Below are positions 19,153 to 34,293 of a DNA stretch of 64,000 bases, one piece after another. The position numbers and the translations under genes were made by a program. The DNA is taken from positions 30,928 through 94,927 of the IMG/VR virus record IMGVR_UViG_3300025849_000018. One strand, 5' to 3'. The stretch is from a virus. The notes under the pieces were generated by a model. The model worked only from the letters and a program-made list of their open reading frames with translations. It searched no databases and was not told the DNA's origin. How positions within the stretch are numbered: the stretch's first letter is position 1; each line of letters opens with the position of its first letter.

Positions 19153-19694
19153 GATGGCCAAGTCATCACTGGCAATTCAGCAATTAATTCTGAAACTGTT
19201 GGCAAAGTTCTAGTCTCTGCCTCAACATCTGCTAATACTTGCTCGACGTATTCCCAAACTGCCACTCTCCAAGTCAATGCTGCTTGCCCTTCTGTAGCAT
19301 ATGTTCCTGTACCAGAAGCATATGAACAAGCAGACATAATATTGTCGTACAGTTTCGTTTTTGCTTCTGTGTCTAAATGTTCTTGTACTGCTTCAGAATA
19401 TTCACCAATTAAAATTTGTTTATATGCGTCTTTTTCTTCTGCTGTCATTTCTACAACAGTTTTATTTATAGTCCAAACTCCATCAACTAAAGATGGAGTA
19501 GAACCAACTACAATCTTATGCGTGACTTTATCATATGTGGGATCTTCGACAATTGTTACAGGATAAACACCCCACTCTGCTAACAGTTCTTCTGATGTTT
19601 CTTTCGGAAAAGAAACATTAGCATTATCTGTTTTTAATTGCCTAACAGAATATGGATATGTTTCAACTAAGTTATTTGCTATTTTAACATACAT
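19149..19694 (-). CDS. Putative tail-fibre assembly-like protein
   Basis: YPYS..QLK.DN.NVSFP..LLAEWGVYPV and AVQEHLD..A...YDNIMSACSYA..W motifs typical of fibre-associated small proteins. Confidence 0.55.
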   Translation of the reverse strand: MYVKIANNLVETYPYSVRQLKTDNANVSFPKETSEELLAEWGVYPVTIVEDPTYDKVTHKIVVGSTPSLVDGVWTINKTVVEMTAEEKDAYKQILIGEYSEAVQEHLDTEAKTKLYDNIMSACSYASGTGTYATEGQAALTWRVAVWEYVEQVLADVEAETRTLPTVSELIAELPVMTWPS

Positions 19695-19707
19695 TTAATA
19701 TTCTCTC

Positions 19708-20325
19708 TTACGATCCAAATCCTGAAGCATCAAGTCCTGAGTCTTCAGTCCAAATTCGAATCTCATCTATAGTGCCATTAAAGTTTACTTCATAAGCAGA
19801 GCCAATGTCTGCAATGCCTGAGTTATTTTGCCCGTATCCTTTACCGTTGCTTCCGTAAACTTGACTTTGCCCCCCGCCAGCAGTATCAGTTCCTAGTTCA
19901 ACTATTGAGTTTGCCGATCCTTTGCCGCCTTCTTGTACATAGACCGTGAGAGTAAAGGTGCTTGCATCAACAACAATATAATAGGTTGCGTCTGATCCAG
20001 TATATGAGGATATATCGACCTCAACCTCTGCTGCATCTGGATCAGTTCCCCATGAGGAATTTCCAGCACTGTCAAAAGCCCTTGCGCGTAAAGTCCCATT
20101 ATTGACCCCAACAGCCAAACCAGCACCACCATTGCCGCCCAAATCAATTAAAACACCGTCATTAGTTGATGAAATGTTGGCATCAATCGCTATGAGAACA
20201 TCATAAAAACCGAACACCCCAGTTCCGGTGCTTGGGAAAGACGTTATCGTGTAGTCTGGCGTACCGTAGTCCGCTTCATAATCAAACTCGACAAAAGACG
20301 AAAGTAGTGCTTTAAATCTGAACAT
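19708..20325 (-). CDS. Putative ConA/LamG-like lectin-fold fibre-tip protein
   Basis: Beta-rich, ends FNGTIDEIRIW; start ATG 20325 via TAATG coupling. Confidence 0.5.
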   Translation of the reverse strand: MFRFKALLSSFVEFDYEADYGTPDYTITSFPSTGTGVFGFYDVLIAIDANISSTNDGVLIDLGGNGGAGLAVGVNNGTLRARAFDSAGNSSWGTDPDAAEVEVDISSYTGSDATYYIVVDASTFTLTVYVQEGGKGSANSIVELGTDTAGGGQSQVYGSNGKGYGQNNSGIADIGSAYEVNFNGTIDEIRIWTEDSGLDASGFGS

Positions 20326-21040
20326 TAAGAAGAAACCCCAACCAATGCTCCATATAATACTGAACCAACTTTCCACACATTAATAATTGTTTCATTTGTT
20401 GTATCAAGCGTTGGAGCAGTACCGCCAATCCATTCCATTGTCGGCCAAGTAATTGTGTATGCTGTTCCGTCGAGAATATGCATTGTGATATATTCGCCTG
20501 TTGTAAGACTATCACTGAATGTAGAACTCGCAGAAAGTGTCAAGTTTTGAATTGTACCATTTGAAGGATCAAGGGCAAATGTTGCACCAACTGTCGCGTT
20601 TGTATAAACATTTTCTTGAATTGCTTTTGCGAATGTTACAGTTTCATCTGAACCAATAGTAATTGCCGTGGCATCACCGTTGTCTACAATACTCGTGACA
20701 CCTGATGAACCAGTAAATCCTGTTGATCCTGCTGACCCAGTAAAACCTGCACCTTGAGAACCAGTAAATCCTGTTGGGCCCGCGACTGTTGAGTCAGAAC
20801 CCTTCGATCCAGTAAATCCTGTTGGGCCAGTGTCGCCTTGAGAACCAGTAAATCCAATAACACCTTGATCACCTTGAGAACCAGTGAATCCGATAACACC
20901 TTGATCGCCTGTATCACCTTTTGATCCAGTATAACCTAAGTCACCTACAAAAATCCACTTTGATCCGTCCCATCGCCAAATACTTGTGCCGACTGTATGA
21001 TCGTCATTTAGACTCGGTGAATTTGGGAAATTAATCGCCA

Positions 21041-21041
<1 letters not shown>
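20325..21041 (-). CDS. Short collagen-like fibre protein
   Basis: N-terminal MAINFPNSPSLND..WRWDGSKW module, GFTGS Gly-X-Y repeats, C-terminal ITWP..WIGGTAP domain. Confidence 0.75.
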
Positions 21042-22918
<1,877 letters not shown>

Positions 22919-22931
22919 TTTATTTTATCTC

Positions 22932-25900
22932 TTAATCTGAACTTGACTTGCCAGAAATACCATATGAAGCATCAAACTCTAGATAGACGGCGTGCATTCC
23001 ATCTTCAAAAGATGCTTCTGTGTGACCGCCGATAATCAATTTATTCCCCAAAGATTCTATTGAAGTACCGAATTCATTTGAACCTGTACCTATTTGATAT
23101 TGTTTCCAAGCATCAGCATCCATGTCTATAATACCAACAATTAAATCTAACAACCCAGAAGTCTGATTATCATCTGCGAAGAATCCGGAACTATGACCGA
23201 CTATCGCAATTCTACCATCTGGAAGTTTAGTACTGTGATGCCCGTTCTGTGTTACCAAGCACGACCTTAATGTTCCTGTTTGATACGCATCACCCCAAAC
23301 ATCAGTTACATAATTAAATTTAACTACACCGAAATCTTCTGATCCAGAGTTGGTTTGATTACCAAGCGCACCATTTGTAGAATATGTTACAACTAATGTA
23401 TTCGCGCCAATATCATGTATATTTATACCACTATCATTGAAGCCACTTCCAGTTTGATAATATTCGGTAGTGTGAGTTGTCATCTCGTGGATACCTAAGA
23501 AAATATCATATCCACCTAGATTCGTATGAGTAGGATCACCTAACGTGCCTGTTGATCTTCCAGTAATAGCAATGTCTGTATTCTCCAATTCTGTGACTGC
23601 ATATATCTCTTCATCTTTGGTAGAACCATTCTGAAAATACATAAATGCGCCAGTTGATGGATTAATATGATAGATAATATAATCATACACACCAGACTCA
23701 CCAGTGTTTTTTCTTCCTATATCTCCTGATGTCACACCAACAGGTACAATCATTCCTCCGCTGTGTTGTATAATATCATATCCAAATGCGTTACCATCAT
23801 CAGCAGTACCATCACCAACAGTAGCTACTTGATAGAAATTAAAGATACTATCGGTAAAGTTGTATCTCAGCCCTGAAGTTTTATCCGATCGATAAGAATC
23901 TGTATTTAAATAATTTTGCACATCAGACAAGTCAACTGACGCTGCCCAGAACTGAAATACACCTTGCGCGCCGAATGAACCATCATATTCTTCAACAGTA
24001 GCAAAGGTTGCAGTGTATGTCGGACTGCCGGCCGCAGTTCTTGTCCAACTAGCAGTTGAATCGGCAGAAGCAGAAATAGAAGTAATTGTCGCACTATTTA
24101 AAGATTCCGTTAAAGTTGTTGCTTGATATAACATCTTTGTGGTTGGGTTACCATTAATATGATAGTTACCCGTTCCGAACTCTTGTTTCCAAGATCGGAA
24201 TAACATTCCATCAATACTGTCAGAGTGACTTGTTTTGGTTCCAACAGAAACAATATTATCCTGTGTAGCATCATCAATCACAGCAACAAGATTTTCTGTT
24301 CCCATGAACCCTATGCTATTTTGCCATTGAATTGCACCAGTATTATCATACTGTACAATAACACCATTTGCTCCTGCTTGACCAACAACATGAATCTTTC
24401 GATTCGTATTGCCAATAACCCAGTTTGGATTTGTGTAGTTTTCAGCAACAACAGAATTAAAAGTACACGAACCAAGAGTCCTTGACCAAGTCTTACCGAC
24501 GTTATATGATGCAGAACCTAAAGTTTCGTCAACCTGTAACTGTAATACAAAACCATCAGATTCTTCATTACCAACTACCGCGTAATCAGCGCCGTTACCA
24601 GAACCATCAGGGTCGCCAATACATGCAATATCATTCGCGGCACCATTGGCAGAAGCAGAAAAACCACCAATCCATTGAATCATTCGATTTGATGTACTGT
24701 CAGTTTCACCCATACCATAACGAATCTTATTTGCACCATTATCGCCGGAGAATAAGAATCTGCCTTTTGTGCTATCAGTATCAGGGCGAAGTCGATTTAC
24801 ATTCAGATTAGAAACGGTGTTAACTTCTGTCACAGTGCCGTCTAAATCAACAACGGTAAAGTATGTTGTTGTACCAGTTTCCATCGCCATAACAACATAC
24901 TCTGTACCGCCATCGTTTGTTACGACTACGCTCTTCGCAACTTCAGCACTAGAAGTTCCATATGCATATGACCAAGTGACAGAAGAAGTTGTGCCTGTTG
25001 GATTTATTTTAATTAAAAGAGCATCGGTGCTACCTGCGCCGAAATTAACAGTGCTTCCACAAATATAAAGATTGTCGCTAGAATCTATCGCGATACCATA
25101 TGCTACATCTGCGCCAGTTGATCCACTATCATATTTGTATTGCCAAACTTCCTCGAAGTTTTTATTTAATTTATAGATAACAATGTAACCATCTTCATGA
25201 TTTGCCAGTGTGTAGTAGTTTTCATCAGAGTCTTGTATTACATCGACTGGAGATATTTCGTTTAATCCGTCTTCAATATTCCTCAAGAATCCATGGCATT
25301 TGATATCACGCTTCGTGACAAGTTCTGATTTAGTGTACCCCGTGAGCCATATTTTATCATCAGATGCTTGACACACGCCAGTACAGAAATCTACACCCAT
25401 TCCACCATAAACAAAATGAACTTCACGATCTGTGTTATCACCATCAATCAAACTAAATAAGATATTTTTTTCTGATGTATTTGCAATATTTAATCCATTA
25501 ACTTGGCCAACCGCTACTTTTCTTCCATCATTTAAAGGAAGAATATGTTCATAGATTTCTTCACCACCCAAATCAATTTCTTTTTTACGATAGAAACTTG
25601 GACTTCCTGTGGAATATTCCAAAATTCTTTTATCGGTCGCGATACCTTTTGGTTCGAGATTATTGTATCTGGACACAGAACCATTGTTTGTATCATACTC
25701 AAGATATCCGGTGTTGGCGGCTGAACGAGTTAAAAATCCTCCAGTTGAGGAATCATAATCGAGGTGTTCATAACCAAGAAATTGTTCGTCGAGTTGAAAC
25801 GAATAAACTCCATCGCCCTGATAGGTTGAAGCACCGCCATCAGATGTCCCACTTAATAAAAGGTAGAACGAGGTGTCTGATGAGTTATAACGAAAACCAT

Positions 25901-27104
25901 GTACACGGACAGGACTTGCGCTTATATTTGTAAGTACCTGTCCCTCGTCAGTCCAAGTTGTTCCATTATATGAATGTATACGAATACCGCCATTGATGAT
26001 ATCGCTATATGCGACAAATAGATCGGATCCGACCGAAACACATTGAGCATCGCATGGACCAAGAAAATCAGATTTTAATACTTGTCTAACGAGATCACTA
26101 CTGTCTTGTGTTGCGGCGCTCGGTATCGACCAAACTTCCAAATCCGTGTTAGCAGAATTGGTTTGATTTGTCATTAAGACTGGGAAATATACTCTAGTGT
26201 CTAATAAGTCTCCGCAACTTGCTCTTACTGGCCAATTCTTTTGTACACCAGATGTGCCATTCGCAGTAAAGACAGGATCCCTCAAGTCGAATGTTCCTAA
26301 CTGTACCTCACCTGTAAAAGAAGTTGCAGAATCGTTGTATGTTTTACTGAATACATCCCAACTAGTGTTATTCGCGCTAATATAAAAGTAATGATACCGA
26401 TCACTTGTGCCGCGTATTAAACCGCCTGTCATATAATTTTTATTTGCCGTGCTGGGTAGAGTTACATCATTGTGTGAGTTGTGCGCGCCACCAACTGAAG
26501 GAGTATGAACTCTTGCTAAACGACTCTGATATTTTGTTCCTTGAGTATTGACATCGATACTAATCGAATATCCAAAAGATTTGTCATCAGAATCAATGAA
26601 TCCACCGCCAGAAGTTGTTTCTCGGCCGCCCTCATAATCCACATAGAAAGAAGGTAGGTGTTTGTGATACTGATAATAATACCATTCAGTATCGCCTTCT
26701 GGAAGATAAAAACGATCCCAATAAAATGCATCGTCAGGCACGGCATATGCTCCCATGTGGGAAAACATTATCGCGTCATCTTCTATTGCGTTGGTAAGAT
26801 CGTTAACTCCCGCACCAATATGTTCAATTGCTCCTGCGTGATAGTTTACAGACGATCCATCCCAATCTTCAGACAACAAAGGAATTGTACCTTCTATTGT
26901 CAAATAATCGGCCGCGCTTTCCAGGTCAGCAATATTGCCCCACTCGTGTAACCTTACCTTAGCACCGACCGTATCATTTGAACCATTGACAGGAAGATAT
27001 GTATACCAAAATCCTTGCCTATCAATGTTATTGTTGATAGGCAACGGTGAATACTCAGAAGTATTTGCTGAGTATTCGTATGTTACATTAATGTAAGTTG
27101 CCAT
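22932..27104 (-). CDS. Large multi-beta-propeller structural/adhesin protein (SBBP-like repeats)
   Basis: 1390 aa; DVAYGIAIDSSDNLYICG, GSTDALLIK, LGGYDIFL, QxGxxxD repeats. Confidence 0.6.
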   Translation of the reverse strand: MATYINVTYEYSANTSEYSPLPINNNIDRQGFWYTYLPVNGSNDTVGAKVRLHEWGNIADLESAADYLTIEGTIPLLSEDWDGSSVNYHAGAIEHIGAGVNDLTNAIEDDAIMFSHMGAYAVPDDAFYWDRFYLPEGDTEWYYYQYHKHLPSFYVDYEGGRETTSGGGFIDSDDKSFGYSISIDVNTQGTKYQSRLARVHTPSVGGAHNSHNDVTLPSTANKNYMTGGLIRGTSDRYHYFYISANNTSWDVFSKTYNDSATSFTGEVQLGTFDLRDPVFTANGTSGVQKNWPVRASCGDLLDTRVYFPVLMTNQTNSANTDLEVWSIPSAATQDSSDLVRQVLKSDFLGPCDAQCVSVGSDLFVAYSDIINGGIRIHSYNGTTWTDEGQVLTNISASPVRVHGFRYNSSDTSFYLLLSGTSDGGASTYQGDGVYSFQLDEQFLGYEHLDYDSSTGGFLTRSAANTGYLEYDTNNGSVSRYNNLEPKGIATDKRILEYSTGSPSFYRKKEIDLGGEEIYEHILPLNDGRKVAVGQVNGLNIANTSEKNILFSLIDGDNTDREVHFVYGGMGVDFCTGVCQASDDKIWLTGYTKSELVTKRDIKCHGFLRNIEDGLNEISPVDVIQDSDENYYTLANHEDGYIVIYKLNKNFEEVWQYKYDSGSTGADVAYGIAIDSSDNLYICGSTVNFGAGSTDALLIKINPTGTTSSVTWSYAYGTSSAEVAKSVVVTNDGGTEYVVMAMETGTTTYFTVVDLDGTVTEVNTVSNLNVNRLRPDTDSTKGRFLFSGDNGANKIRYGMGETDSTSNRMIQWIGGFSASANGAANDIACIGDPDGSGNGADYAVVGNEESDGFVLQLQVDETLGSASYNVGKTWSRTLGSCTFNSVVAENYTNPNWVIGNTNRKIHVVGQAGANGVIVQYDNTGAIQWQNSIGFMGTENLVAVIDDATQDNIVSVGTKTSHSDSIDGMLFRSWKQEFGTGNYHINGNPTTKMLYQATTLTESLNSATITSISASADSTASWTRTAAGSPTYTATFATVEEYDGSFGAQGVFQFWAASVDLSDVQNYLNTDSYRSDKTSGLRYNFTDSIFNFYQVATVGDGTADDGNAFGYDIIQHSGGMIVPVGVTSGDIGRKNTGESGVYDYIIYHINPSTGAFMYFQNGSTKDEEIYAVTELENTDIAITGRSTGTLGDPTHTNLGGYDIFLGIHEMTTHTTEYYQTGSGFNDSGINIHDIGANTLVVTYSTNGALGNQTNSGSEDFGVVKFNYVTDVWGDAYQTGTLRSCLVTQNGHHSTKLPDGRIAIVGHSSGFFADDNQTSGLLDLIVGIIDMDADAWKQYQIGTGSNEFGTSIESLGNKLIIGGHTEASFEDGMHAVYLEFDASYGISGKSSSD

Positions 27105-27107
27105 ATA

Positions 27108-27476
27108 TTAAGTTCCTGAGATAGGAGTTCCTGGTCGAAAAATAATATCAGTTGAATTAACTGCGAACCCTATAAACAGTGATCGCACTGTTGTTGAGGG
27201 TGTCGGGGGAGAACTGGTTGGTGTTCCATCTGCTGCTAGAAAAAGTGTAGAACCTGCGCTCAATCCAGTAAATCCTTGAACTAATCCCCAACTATAATAT
27301 ATATCATTTATTTTGATTAAAACATTGTTGAGTTGTATAGATGTGTCACTCGAATCTGCATCTGTAACGGTGTTAGTTCCATTGATGCGAACAATCTTGC
27401 CATTAGTACCTCCAGTTAAACCGCTCACTGTGAGAGCAACATCGGTAATCACATTTGTTGATTTAACAAAAGACAT
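27108..27476 (-). CDS. Hypothetical fibre-associated protein
   Basis: 122 aa, tightly packed; FTGLSAGSTLFLAADG..IGFAVNST. Confidence 0.6.
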   Translation of the reverse strand: MSFVKSTNVITDVALTVSGLTGGTNGKIVRINGTNTVTDADSSDTSIQLNNVLIKINDIYYSWGLVQGFTGLSAGSTLFLAADGTPTSSPPTPSTTVRSLFIGFAVNSTDIIFRPGTPISGT

Positions 27477-27478
27477 TT

Positions 27479-28432
27479 TTAAACTCCTTTCCTTGATATT
27501 TCTATATATGCGGTATTAGAAACAGAACCAGTGTTATCTGAATTTTGAACATACATTTCCAGATAATCATTCTCAGCGAGCGAATATATTTCGTCCAAAG
27601 AAACTGTGGAGTTTGGACCGAGAGTGGCTGTTTCAAGTGTTGTTGTGGCATTTTTCTTTAAAGAAAAAGTATACGAATCAGAAGAACCTGCTGATGTCGT
27701 TGTAAACAGACCATTTACTCTATAGTATCCATCAACCTTTATTGTCAGTCTTGATGCTGTACCATTGCTCCAATATTCTGATCCCAATACATCAGCATTT
27801 TGATCATATTCTGTTTCGGAAAAGGTGATCGCCGTGTCGCTGGATGTTACCGAAAAGGGAGAGGTCAAATAAGTCTTAGCACCTGAGAAAGCACTCCAAG
27901 TAGAAATGCCTGTGCCGAGAGATAGACCTTCTTGAGTAAATTCTATGAAACTTGTATCGCTTTCTATTGAACCTGCGGCCGTGCTTTCTGCCGCAAAAAT
28001 TTCTATATAATCTCCAACAGTTAGTTGTAATACATCTTCAAAATTGACAAACTGATTACTTGATACAGTTGTTGTTGATAACTGTGTTCCATTTTTATAA
28101 ATCGCGATTGTATATGAAGAAGCAGTACCACCCGCAGTTGTGTTTATCTGACCATTCAACCGATAAAATCCATTCTCAGTAATAGAAAATCTTGTCGGTG
28201 CTGAGACAGTCCAAAGACCAGCGGTGTCAAATTCTTCAGTTGTCCAGGATATTCCTGTCATCGTTTCACTTAACGCGAAGTCCGAAGATAACTTGAGTTT
28301 CGCACCTTTAAATGCTCTCTTTGTTGAACGTGTGATCACGTCCCACTTCTCGCCATCCCATTGCCACACAGCAGCATTGTCATCTGTATATGTGTCATTC
28401 GTTGACGGTGATGTTGGAAAATCTAATGCCAT
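27479..28432 (-). CDS. Protein with two C1q/TNF-like domains
   Basis: N-terminal MALDFPTSPSTND..WQWDGEKW module, then two copies of AF.GAK...FD....TR.TI...G.YR.NG...L..GDY.E. Confidence 0.6.
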   Translation of the reverse strand: MALDFPTSPSTNDTYTDDNAAVWQWDGEKWDVITRSTKRAFKGAKLKLSSDFALSETMTGISWTTEEFDTAGLWTVSAPTRFSITENGFYRLNGQINTTAGGTASSYTIAIYKNGTQLSTTTVSSNQFVNFEDVLQLTVGDYIEIFAAESTAAGSIESDTSFIEFTQEGLSLGTGISTWSAFSGAKTYLTSPFSVTSSDTAITFSETEYDQNADVLGSEYWSNGTASRLTIKVDGYYRVNGLFTTTSAGSSDSYTFSLKKNATTTLETATLGPNSTVSLDEIYSLAENDYLEMYVQNSDNTGSVSNTAYIEISRKGV

Positions 28433-29217
28433 TATTGTGTCGCTCTTATTTTTTTCCTAATATTAGGACTTGTTAATTCACTTGATGTAGATTGACCATA
28501 TAAAAACTCAACGCCTTCGTTAGTCCGCGTTTGGTCCGATCCATCCAATTTAAAATAAACTCCTATCATCAAATATCCATCGGCAGAACCTAATTCGTCT
28601 CCTGCGGATGCAAAACTGTCACAGTACCAAGAAATATTCATAGTCGCGGCAGACATATTGGTTTCTCTTTGACTTTCTGCTGTTGTAATTGATGTTGTCA
28701 AACCAGCATCAGAAAACATTGGGACAGCACCAGGAGAAGAATAACCAGAAGCAGGAACCCATTGGTTAGTTGATGTGTCAAAACCACCAACGAACAGTTG
28801 CGCGCCCATTCGCATGTCTAGTCTTTGTCTACTGGTCCTGATGTTCTGTACATCTAATGATAACGACCACTGGCCAGCATCAAATTTAGTATTGTAAGGA
28901 TATAATAATGCTATTCCATTATTTACCACTAATTGTTCGCTCGCGCCAGATGTCACGTTTCTCGTAAAAGTTCCTGTCGTCAGCGATGTGCCAGCGGTGA
29001 CGCTCCAACTTGGTAACGAACCAGACAAGTTATTATCATTTATCTCACTACCTCCAGTAAAAGTCTGGTCCATCCATCCATATTGCGTACCACTCTCACG
29101 GCTAACATTCCAAATACTTGTAGTTGAATCATTAGTTCCTGTTGGTACGCCAGTCAAAGATGGTTGCCAAACTAAAGCATTATTAATTTGATTTAAATAC
29201 CAAGTCTTAGTTGCCAT
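28432..29217 (-). CDS. Hypothetical beta-rich structural protein
   Basis: 261 aa ORF, TAATG-coupled to the next gene. Confidence 0.6.
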   Translation of the reverse strand: MATKTWYLNQINNALVWQPSLTGVPTGTNDSTTSIWNVSRESGTQYGWMDQTFTGGSEINDNNLSGSLPSWSVTAGTSLTTGTFTRNVTSGASEQLVVNNGIALLYPYNTKFDAGQWSLSLDVQNIRTSRQRLDMRMGAQLFVGGFDTSTNQWVPASGYSSPGAVPMFSDAGLTTSITTAESQRETNMSAATMNISWYCDSFASAGDELGSADGYLMIGVYFKLDGSDQTRTNEGVEFLYGQSTSSELTSPNIRKKIRATQ

Positions 29218-29228
29218 TTCAATTCACC

Positions 29229-31823
<2,595 letters not shown>

Positions 31824-31831
31824 CTCTAATT

Positions 31832-31867
31832 CTCTATATAGAGTTCAATAAAGGATTATATAATCCT
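31832..31867. repeat. Two perfect TATATA-centred palindromes
   Basis: CTCTATATAGAG (31832-31843) and AGGATTATATAATCCT (31852-31867). Confidence 0.85.
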
Positions 31868-31877
31868 AATACTAATA

Positions 31878-33536
31878 TTATTTATTTTTTAATATATCAA
31901 CTTCTTTCTTCAGGTCTTTGACTGCTTCAATTAAATATCCAACCAAATTACCATAAGAAACAGTGAGATATTCTCCGGTGTTGTCCACTAGTTCAGGAGC
32001 AATTTCTTGCATTTCTTGTGCGATTACACCACTTTCTTCTCTACCACCTTTCGTGTATGAAACACCACGCATATCATAAACTTTTGTACCATCAAGAGTT
32101 TCTATGTTGTCTTTCAATCTCACATCAGAAGTTGAGTTGAAATTAGCTGCCGACATATCACCTGTTATGGTTACAGAATTTGTACCAGAGTTGAAAACAA
32201 ATCCAGATGATCCCGCTAATGTTCCACTATTATTAAACTGAACCTGTGTGTCTGATCCGGCGACACCAGATGGAGCGGGTATCCAGTCATAATCAGTGCC
32301 AGTCCAACTCAACACCTCAGAAGATGCTGCTGAACTGGTGTTTAAGTGAGTATCTACATCTGAATTGGTATAACCAGCATTATCTACCCACGCATAATCT
32401 GTTCCATTCCAACTCAGTACATATCCACTTGTTGGATTGGTTTGATTTAGATGTGTATCTACTCTAGCATCTGTATAGTAAAGGTTAGTCGAACCTTCTG
32501 ATACATCATCAGTATCAGCTGCTGCAATTCTAGCATCTGCTCTAGCATCTGTATAGTAAAGGTTAGTCGAACCTTCTGATACATCATCAGTATCAGCTGC
32601 TGCAATTCTAGCATCTGCTCTAGCATCTGTATAGTAAAGGTTTGTTCCTTCACTTAAATTTGTTGTTGACTTAGCAGTGAATCCTGCATCTACTCTAGCA
32701 TCTGCTCTAGCATCTGTATAGTAAAGGTTAGTCGAACCTTCTGTTATTTCATCCGTATTATCTTTTGTTAATATTTGAGTATCAACGTATGCTTTTACTG
32801 ACTGTTGTGTTGGAACTAATGCATCACTGTTAGATAACATGGTATCTTCATCAATAAATCCATTGATTACGTGTGCTGAATCCGCTGGCACCGCGCCAGT
32901 AATTATTAAATCAGTGCCATCATGTTTTATTGTAACATCCGATCCAGTACCAAACGACAACGGAATATTATCATTAACCCTTGGACCAGAAGAAGTGAAG
33001 ATTAGAAATCCGCTGGTATGAATATCCTGTGCATCTGATCTTAAAAACGACGTTGAATCTAAATTATCAAATGTATTTGCGTTACCTGAAATCTCAACGC
33101 CATCAGCAGAGATGTTTGTGAGACCCGATCCATCGCCCCAAAATTTAGTAGCACTAACATCTCCTACCACGGTAAGCGCATTAGAACTAGGTGCTGTGTT
33201 GACGCCGACTCTATTATTTGTAGTATCTATGTATAGGGTATTAGCATCGAAGTTTACATTTGAACCCGTTACGTTTAACACAGTGCCATTGTGGGTGAAA
33301 GTGACATTCGGACTGCCACCAACGATTACACTGGTGGAAGTATGAATGTCTCCTGCCACATCAAGTGCATAGGAAGAACTGGGTGTTGTGTTGACTCCGA
33401 CACTATCTGCGGATGTGTCTACAAAAAGGGTGTCTGTATCGACTATAAGATTGGCAGAAACGGTCACTGTATTTGTAACATTGACCGCTCCAGTTGAGTT
33501 GATACCATCGAGGGTCTCAAACTTCTTATTCGCCAT
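31878..33536 (-). CDS. Tail fibre protein with C-terminal intramolecular chaperone (peptidase S74-like)
   Basis: LFVD...VGVNT.P repeats, EGSTNLYYTDARADAR repeats, GSDTQVQFN, SDVRLKDNI..GVIAQE..LIEAVKDL. Confidence 0.85.
   Translation of the reverse strand: MANKKFETLDGINSTGAVNVTNTVTVSANLIVDTDTLFVDTSADSVGVNTTPSSSYALDVAGDIHTSTSVIVGGSPNVTFTHNGTVLNVTGSNVNFDANTLYIDTTNNRVGVNTAPSSNALTVVGDVSATKFWGDGSGLTNISADGVEISGNANTFDNLDSTSFLRSDAQDIHTSGFLIFTSSGPRVNDNIPLSFGTGSDVTIKHDGTDLIITGAVPADSAHVINGFIDEDTMLSNSDALVPTQQSVKAYVDTQILTKDNTDEITEGSTNLYYTDARADARVDAGFTAKSTTNLSEGTNLYYTDARADARIAAADTDDVSEGSTNLYYTDARADARIAAADTDDVSEGSTNLYYTDARVDTHLNQTNPTSGYVLSWNGTDYAWVDNAGYTNSDVDTHLNTSSAASSEVLSWTGTDYDWIPAPSGVAGSDTQVQFNNSGTLAGSSGFVFNSGTNSVTITGDMSAANFNSTSDVRLKDNIETLDGTKVYDMRGVSYTKGGREESGVIAQEMQEIAPELVDNTGEYLTVSYGNLVGYLIEAVKDLKKEVDILKNK
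32462..32742. repeat. 78-nt tandem repeat (EGSTNLYYTDARADARIAAADTDDVS)
   Basis: Identical units start at 32462 and 32540; partial/diverged copies at 32618 and ~32705. Confidence 0.85.
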
Positions 33537-33561
33537 TAGTTATACTCTCTTTTAAATTCTT

Positions 33562-33993
33562 TTAAAGTTGAAAAATACCACTAGCATTCCACTCAATTTC
33601 GATATTTGAATTGTTTGGCGACACAGGCAGACCAGAAACGCTAGTATCTAAAAACGCAACAAGACGCGAAGTTGCTTCATCGCCAGTATCAATCCAAATG
33701 AGTAATGCATTACCTGTAGCTACTGGAACGCGGGGGGCCAGATCACTTGCGGGAAAAATCACATCATCACCATCAAATAACCCACCGACAACTGTTGTGT
33801 TTCCTATAGTTATTGTTGACAACACACCTTGATCGGTAACATCATCTAAATCACTATAAAATGTATGACTAACATCATATGGTGTAAGAGCTGTATTGAT
33901 TAAGGATACCTTTACATTAGTGCCTGTAAGAGATATATCTGTGGATCCGCTTATAAGTGACTCTTTATATTTTGGATAAATCGCATTAGCCAC
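33562..33993 (-). CDS. Conserved phage tail-associated protein
   Basis: MANAIYP..K..L...FDGDDV.F...LVAFLD...LPVSPN...I.WNASGIF. Confidence 0.6.
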   Translation of the reverse strand: MANAIYPKYKESLISGSTDISLTGTNVKVSLINTALTPYDVSHTFYSDLDDVTDQGVLSTITIGNTTVVGGLFDGDDVIFPASDLAPRVPVATGNALLIWIDTGDEATSRLVAFLDTSVSGLPVSPNNSNIEIEWNASGIFQL

Positions 33994-34228
33994 CTACCTT
34001 CTCTCCCTTAACTTGATCGGACTTTGTTTCTTTTTTTTGTGTCGCGTGTTCGAGTTTGTAGATTGATGCATCAAGTTCGCGTATCTTCTCATCTTTTTCT
34101 AATAATGATTCTCTCAAAAATATGTTTTGAACTTCCATGTTTAAGACATCGGATTGAAGGGTATCAAATTTCGATCTTAAAACTTGTATATATTTATTCA
34201 CAAATTGCGCGTTAGCATCTTCAGACAT
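33986..34228 (-). CDS. Small coiled-coil protein
   Basis: 80 aa, GGAG RBS, heptad-rich. Confidence 0.6.
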   Translation of the reverse strand: MSEDANAQFVNKYIQVLRSKFDTLQSDVLNMEVQNIFLRESLLEKDEKIRELDASIYKLEHATQKKETKSDQVKGEKVGG

Positions 34229-34255
34229 AATTTACTCCATACTATTTGTCATAAT

Positions 34256-34278
34256 AAAAGGGGGAGAAATTCTCCCCC
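34256..34278 (-). terminator. Rho-independent terminator
   Basis: GGGGGAGAA/TTCTCCCCC inverted repeat followed by TTTT on the minus strand, after the 635-aa gene. Confidence 0.75.
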
Positions 34279-34293
34279 GATTCTCAGTACTAT

